Source: an uncultured Acidobacteriota bacterium (lineage in GTDB: Bacteria > Acidobacteriota > Terriglobia > Terriglobales > Acidobacteriaceae). Taken from it: 64,000 bases of DNA. The notes under the pieces are model-generated. The model searched no databases. It was not told where the DNA came from and saw only the letters and a list, made by a program, of their open reading frames with translations. This document shows positions 60,546 through 64,000 of this stretch, piece after piece. The stretch's first letter is position 1; every line of letters starts with the position of its first letter. Where the stretch lies: assembly GCA_963771765.1 (NCBI GenBank), contig CAVYUY010000008.1, positions 10,890 through 74,889 on the forward strand, in the 5' to 3' direction. A program made the position numbers and the translations under genes.

Positions 60546-61696
60546 TCAGAGGATACCCAGCTTTTTGTGCCGTTTTTTGCCAGCTTCTTGGCGTCAGACT
60601 CTTTGGCAGTAGCGGTTTCAACCGGTTTCGTCTGGTTCGGGCTCGCGCCAGTATCGATGTAACCGGGCTTGTAGTCGATGTAAGCGTCTTCGCGCAGCTT
60701 GGTGAGATACGCCCGGAGCGCCGGTTGCAGCTTCTGCATGTACAGCGCGTCCTCGATCTTGGGCAGAGCGTCTTTCAACGGAGGAATTCCAGCCATCTGG
60801 TGATCGACAACTTTGAGGATCACGTATCCCTGCTTGGTCCGGATGACGTCGGAAACCTCGCCCGTTTTCATCGCGAAGGTCTTGTCCTCAAGCTCTTTGG
60901 CGAGTTGACCGCGCTTGAATACGCCGAGAGCACCGCCGTCGGCCGCCGAGGGACCGTCCGACGATTTCTTGGCGACGTCTTCGAAGTTCGCGCCGTCGTG
61001 AATCTGCTTCAGCAGATCGTTAGCCTTGGCCTCTGCCGCGCTGAGCGCTGCAGTATCGGCGGTTTGCTTGGCGGCAGTCGTCCGCGGGAGCTTGAGCGGG
61101 TGCCTGCACCAGCCACGGCCGGCGTGGCAGCGGGTAGCCGCTGATTTGGGGGCGACCAGAATTTCGCTCAGGCGGATGTATTCGGGTTGCTCCATCTCGC
61201 TCTTGTGGTCGTCGTAAAACTTTTGCTCTTCTTCTTTGGTAATCGAGAGGTGGCCGCCGACTTCTTCGCCAATCACTTTGCGGGTGATGATCTGATTTCG
61301 TTGCGTCTGCTTGAAGTCTTCCCAGGAGATTCCTTGCTTCTCGGCTTCCTTTTCGAGAGCTTCCAGTGAGTCAAGCTTCATGTCCTTGCGCATCTGGTCG
61401 AGTTGCTTGATCAGGTCGGTATCGCCGGTGATACCGAGATCTTTCCCCTTCTCGAGGAGCAACTGCTGGTCAATCAGATCGCGGAGCACATCTTTTTCCC
61501 GATCGGCGTACACCTTGTCGGGGTCGGCCGGCGCCTGCTGCTTCACTTCATCGCGAAGCTGATCTTTACTGCGCGCGTATTCAGAGCGAGTAATGATCTG
61601 GTTGTTGACGCGCGTGATGATCTCTTCGACAACTTGTCCGGATGCCAGGACGGACGTGCACGATAGAGCAGCAACAAAGAGTGCGATTCTTTTCAT
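60546..61696 (-). CDS. SurA/PpiD-like periplasmic chaperone with a parvulin PPIase domain
   Basis: The signal peptide is MKRIALFVAALSCTSVLASG. There is a SurA_N-like region, then a parvulin block FEDVAKKSSDGPSAADGGALGVFKRGQLAKELEDKTFAMKTGEVSDVIRTKQGYVILKV. As assembled there is no stop before 59882. A stop at 60546-60548 appears if an A-run near 60560 is off by one. Confidence 0.75.
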
Positions 61697-61789
61697 AAGG
61701 TCTATTTGGCCGCCGCGCTTCCTGGGCTTGCGGGCAACGGTGGGCTAGGGCCGATGAAATATTTTACTACTTCGGGCGCGGCCCTGCTC

Positions 61790-62605
61790 CTAAGTTTGGA
61801 CGCTGCCATGGGCCGCGGAGTTGGCCTCGGGCAAAATCAGGCATTTGCGCAAAAGAGCGAGCGCAGTGCGGTCGTCACAGACCGGAGCCCCTTCGCTGAA
61901 GTCGGCGACTGCGGCCAGCACGCCCTTACACAGTATTTCAGCAGTGTCCGCCGAGGCTGCTCCCTTGAGAAAATCTTTGACGTGGTCGAGGCCAAACTCC
62001 TCTGAGGAGTGCGAGTTGCGGCCTTCGCAGGTAACGACTCCCTTTGAGACGAGGAGAAGAGCGGAACCCTTCTCCATCGCCACAATGCGAGCTTCAGCGG
62101 TGGCGTGGGAGAAAAGACCAAGGGGAAGGCCGGTCGAACCGAGTTCGGAAATTCCAGTGCCGTCGCGGAGGAGGGCAGGCGTATGTCCCGCATTGGTGTA
62201 GCACAAGGTGCCGAATTTCTCGTGGTAACAGGCAACAAACGCCGGGCAGGAAAGCACCTTTTCTGCGTTTTCGATGAGGGCACGATTGATTCGCAAACTG
62301 AGCTCCGTCATCGCATCGGCTTCGTTGATGTCCGGAGCCGAAAATATTTCCGCTCCGACGGTTCGAAAAGTTGTCTGCGCTTTCGCTAGAATCTCGCGAT
62401 TGTCCTGACGCCGGCCGGCGACATCGAGAAGGCCGATGAGAACACGTTCCGGGCTGACCCGGATGGAATCGTAGAAATCGCCAGCTATCCGTTTTCCCAC
62501 GAAAACAGATGCGACATCGGCACCTTCAATCAGGGGAAACACGGTCGGGACCGGCTCCATGACAGGGCCAGCGTCACCTTCTCGGGAATTAAAGAAAGAT
62601 CGCAT
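61790..62605 (-). CDS. PP2C/SpoIIE-family serine phosphatase
   Basis: 271 aa with IAGDFYD, LLDVAGRR, CYTNAGHTPALL, and a C-terminal DDRTALALL metal-binding Asp. Confidence 0.8.
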   Translation of the reverse strand: MRSFFNSREGDAGPVMEPVPTVFPLIEGADVASVFVGKRIAGDFYDSIRVSPERVLIGLLDVAGRRQDNREILAKAQTTFRTVGAEIFSAPDINEADAMTELSLRINRALIENAEKVLSCPAFVACYHEKFGTLCYTNAGHTPALLRDGTGISELGSTGLPLGLFSHATAEARIVAMEKGSALLLVSKGVVTCEGRNSHSSEEFGLDHVKDFLKGAASADTAEILCKGVLAAVADFSEGAPVCDDRTALALLRKCLILPEANSAAHGSVQT

Positions 62606-62700
62606 GGAGGGTTGGGGGTAAAACGAAAGCTAGCACAAGAGAGATGCGGGAGCAAACATCACCGCAGAGATGGGGTTGAAGCCCCGAGGGCAGGACGGCG

Positions 62701-64000
62701 CTAGTTGCCGTATTTATCTGCAAGATAACGGCCTAGATCCGACTCCAGTTGACCGTAGTCGGAGTGGATCGTGGCGCGCAATGCTGCCTCGGTGGAATTC
62801 CCTTCTCCGATACGTTGCAAGATGCGCTGGAGATCGCTCATTCCGTAGGTGTCGTTAATATAGGTTGCCGCCGCCAAAGATTCGGCATAGGCGACATAGG
62901 CCTGGGCGCCAGAAAAATTCATGAAGCTGCCTTCCAGAGCATTGAGCGGGATGTCGCGTTGCGCCTTGAAGAGAATCGAAAGCTGGCGCCCTTCCCCGCT
63001 AAGACTTCTGGGTTCAACCAATTGCGCGATCCCCTCGTGCAGCCAAAGCGGGCAGCGTCCGCCGGACAGGTGCGCGATAAAGGTGTGAGCCAGTTCATGC
63101 TTAAGAACGTGCGCCAGTTCCGGCGTCATCGAGGTCAGCCCGTTGACTGGAATCCGCATCTTGCCATCGTTGATTCCAGCGGACCAAGCGGGCGCATGCG
63201 TCACATCGAAAAATGCCTGCTCGGTATAGAGGGTGACGAGGATGTTGTCGCGCGGCGGGTTGCCAAGATCTCGAGCCAGATCGTCATAGTCGGCTTCGAG
63301 AGTCGCCAGAATTTGTCCGCGCAACGCGTCGCTGGTCTGCTTGCCTTCATAGTGCAGAACAAAATGACTGCTCTCGCCCTGGGAGAAATCTGACTCGACA
63401 TTTTGCTCGCGTTGGGCTTTGGCCAGGAGTTGCTGAACGCGGGAATCCGGGCGGAGTTCAAGCGAACGCTTCCAGGAAGCAACCGCATCCTTGGTGTGGT
63501 CGGAAGCGAACTGCGCATATCCGAGCATGGTGAAGGCATCGGGGGAATCGGGAGCAGAACGCGCGGCGCGCTGGGCGTAAGTGAGGGCCTGAGCAGCATT
63601 GCCCGTGCGCACCAGCAAGGCTGAGTAGTAAACAAGGATGGTGGAATTGTCGGGCTGGAAACGGAGAGCGCTGTCGAAATAAGGCCGCGATTGAGCGATT
63701 GCGCCGTGGTCGAATTCGAATTTGCCAGCGATGAAATCCGCAGTCGCGCTCAGTTCGGGATTGCCCTTAGCTTTCAGAGCGGCCAAGGGCATCGTCGTCG
63801 ACCTTGCCTTCTTTGATGATTTTGGCGACGAGATCGCCTTCATTGGCGAGGCTGTTGGCGGGGGCAAAGGCCGGAAGATCGGGGATATTTGCAACGGCGC
63901 CATGCGCAGGCATCCCGCCTGCATCTATTCTTTCGACGGATGATTTGGGAATGGCGTAAGTGTCTTCGCCGACTTCATATTCGTAGCGGTTGCCATTTTC
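62701..64000 (-). CDS. TPR-repeat plus MA-clan zinc-peptidase-like (HExxH) protein; the 5' end runs off the window; one frameshift
   Basis: Track ORF 62701..63924 carries TPR repeats and HVLKHELAHTFIAHL...WLHEGIAQ. Upstream text ENGNRYEYEVGEDTYAIPKSSVERIDAGG...KIIKEGKVDDDA continues to position 64000 in another frame. An extra g at ~63790 (cttggccgct) explains the break. Confidence 0.65.

Overview
High-GC bacterial chromosomal segment. Its gene content and short hairpin-repeat families look Acidobacteriota (Terriglobia)-like; this is inference, nothing was searched.

Most of the window is housekeeping:
- a 2-oxoacid dehydrogenase cluster (E1 beta, E1 alpha, lipB, lpdA), then rpsA, a HIT hydrolase and ligA
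- Moco genes (moeA, moaC, mog) packed behind pilT, with an embedded response regulator
- queD-queE-queC, two large serine peptidases, a B12-radical SAM enzyme, a DinG-like helicase, der, hpnH and gyrA
- aroC-def-fmt-rsmB, a SurA-like PPIase and a YhaM-like HD nuclease

Three things stand out.
1. There are about 40 single-base frame lesions plus two in-frame stops. They are strongly clustered at 1-4 kb and 8-16 kb and hit even ligA, so many genes are split over several track ORFs. Assembly error and real decay cannot be separated without reads.
2. There are several families of REP/MITE-like hairpin repeats. One family brackets a small GIY-YIG nuclease gene wedged between the E1 alpha and E1 beta genes, and another copy sits inside lipB.
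3. rpsA carries an in-frame 183-bp tandem duplication at its 3' end. The two copies differ only at synonymous sites.

Accessory, visibly AT-richer DNA lies at about 40.7-45.3 kb. It holds a PD-(D/E)XK nuclease, a degraded XRE gene and three exported or membrane proteins, with no integrase. Smaller islets lie at 34.1-35.4 kb (IS remnant) and 58.2-59.4 kb.

No rRNA, tRNA or CRISPR array was found. I did not find a convincing complete new multi-gene system. The GIY-YIG/hairpin-repeat cassette is the best candidate for something undescribed.
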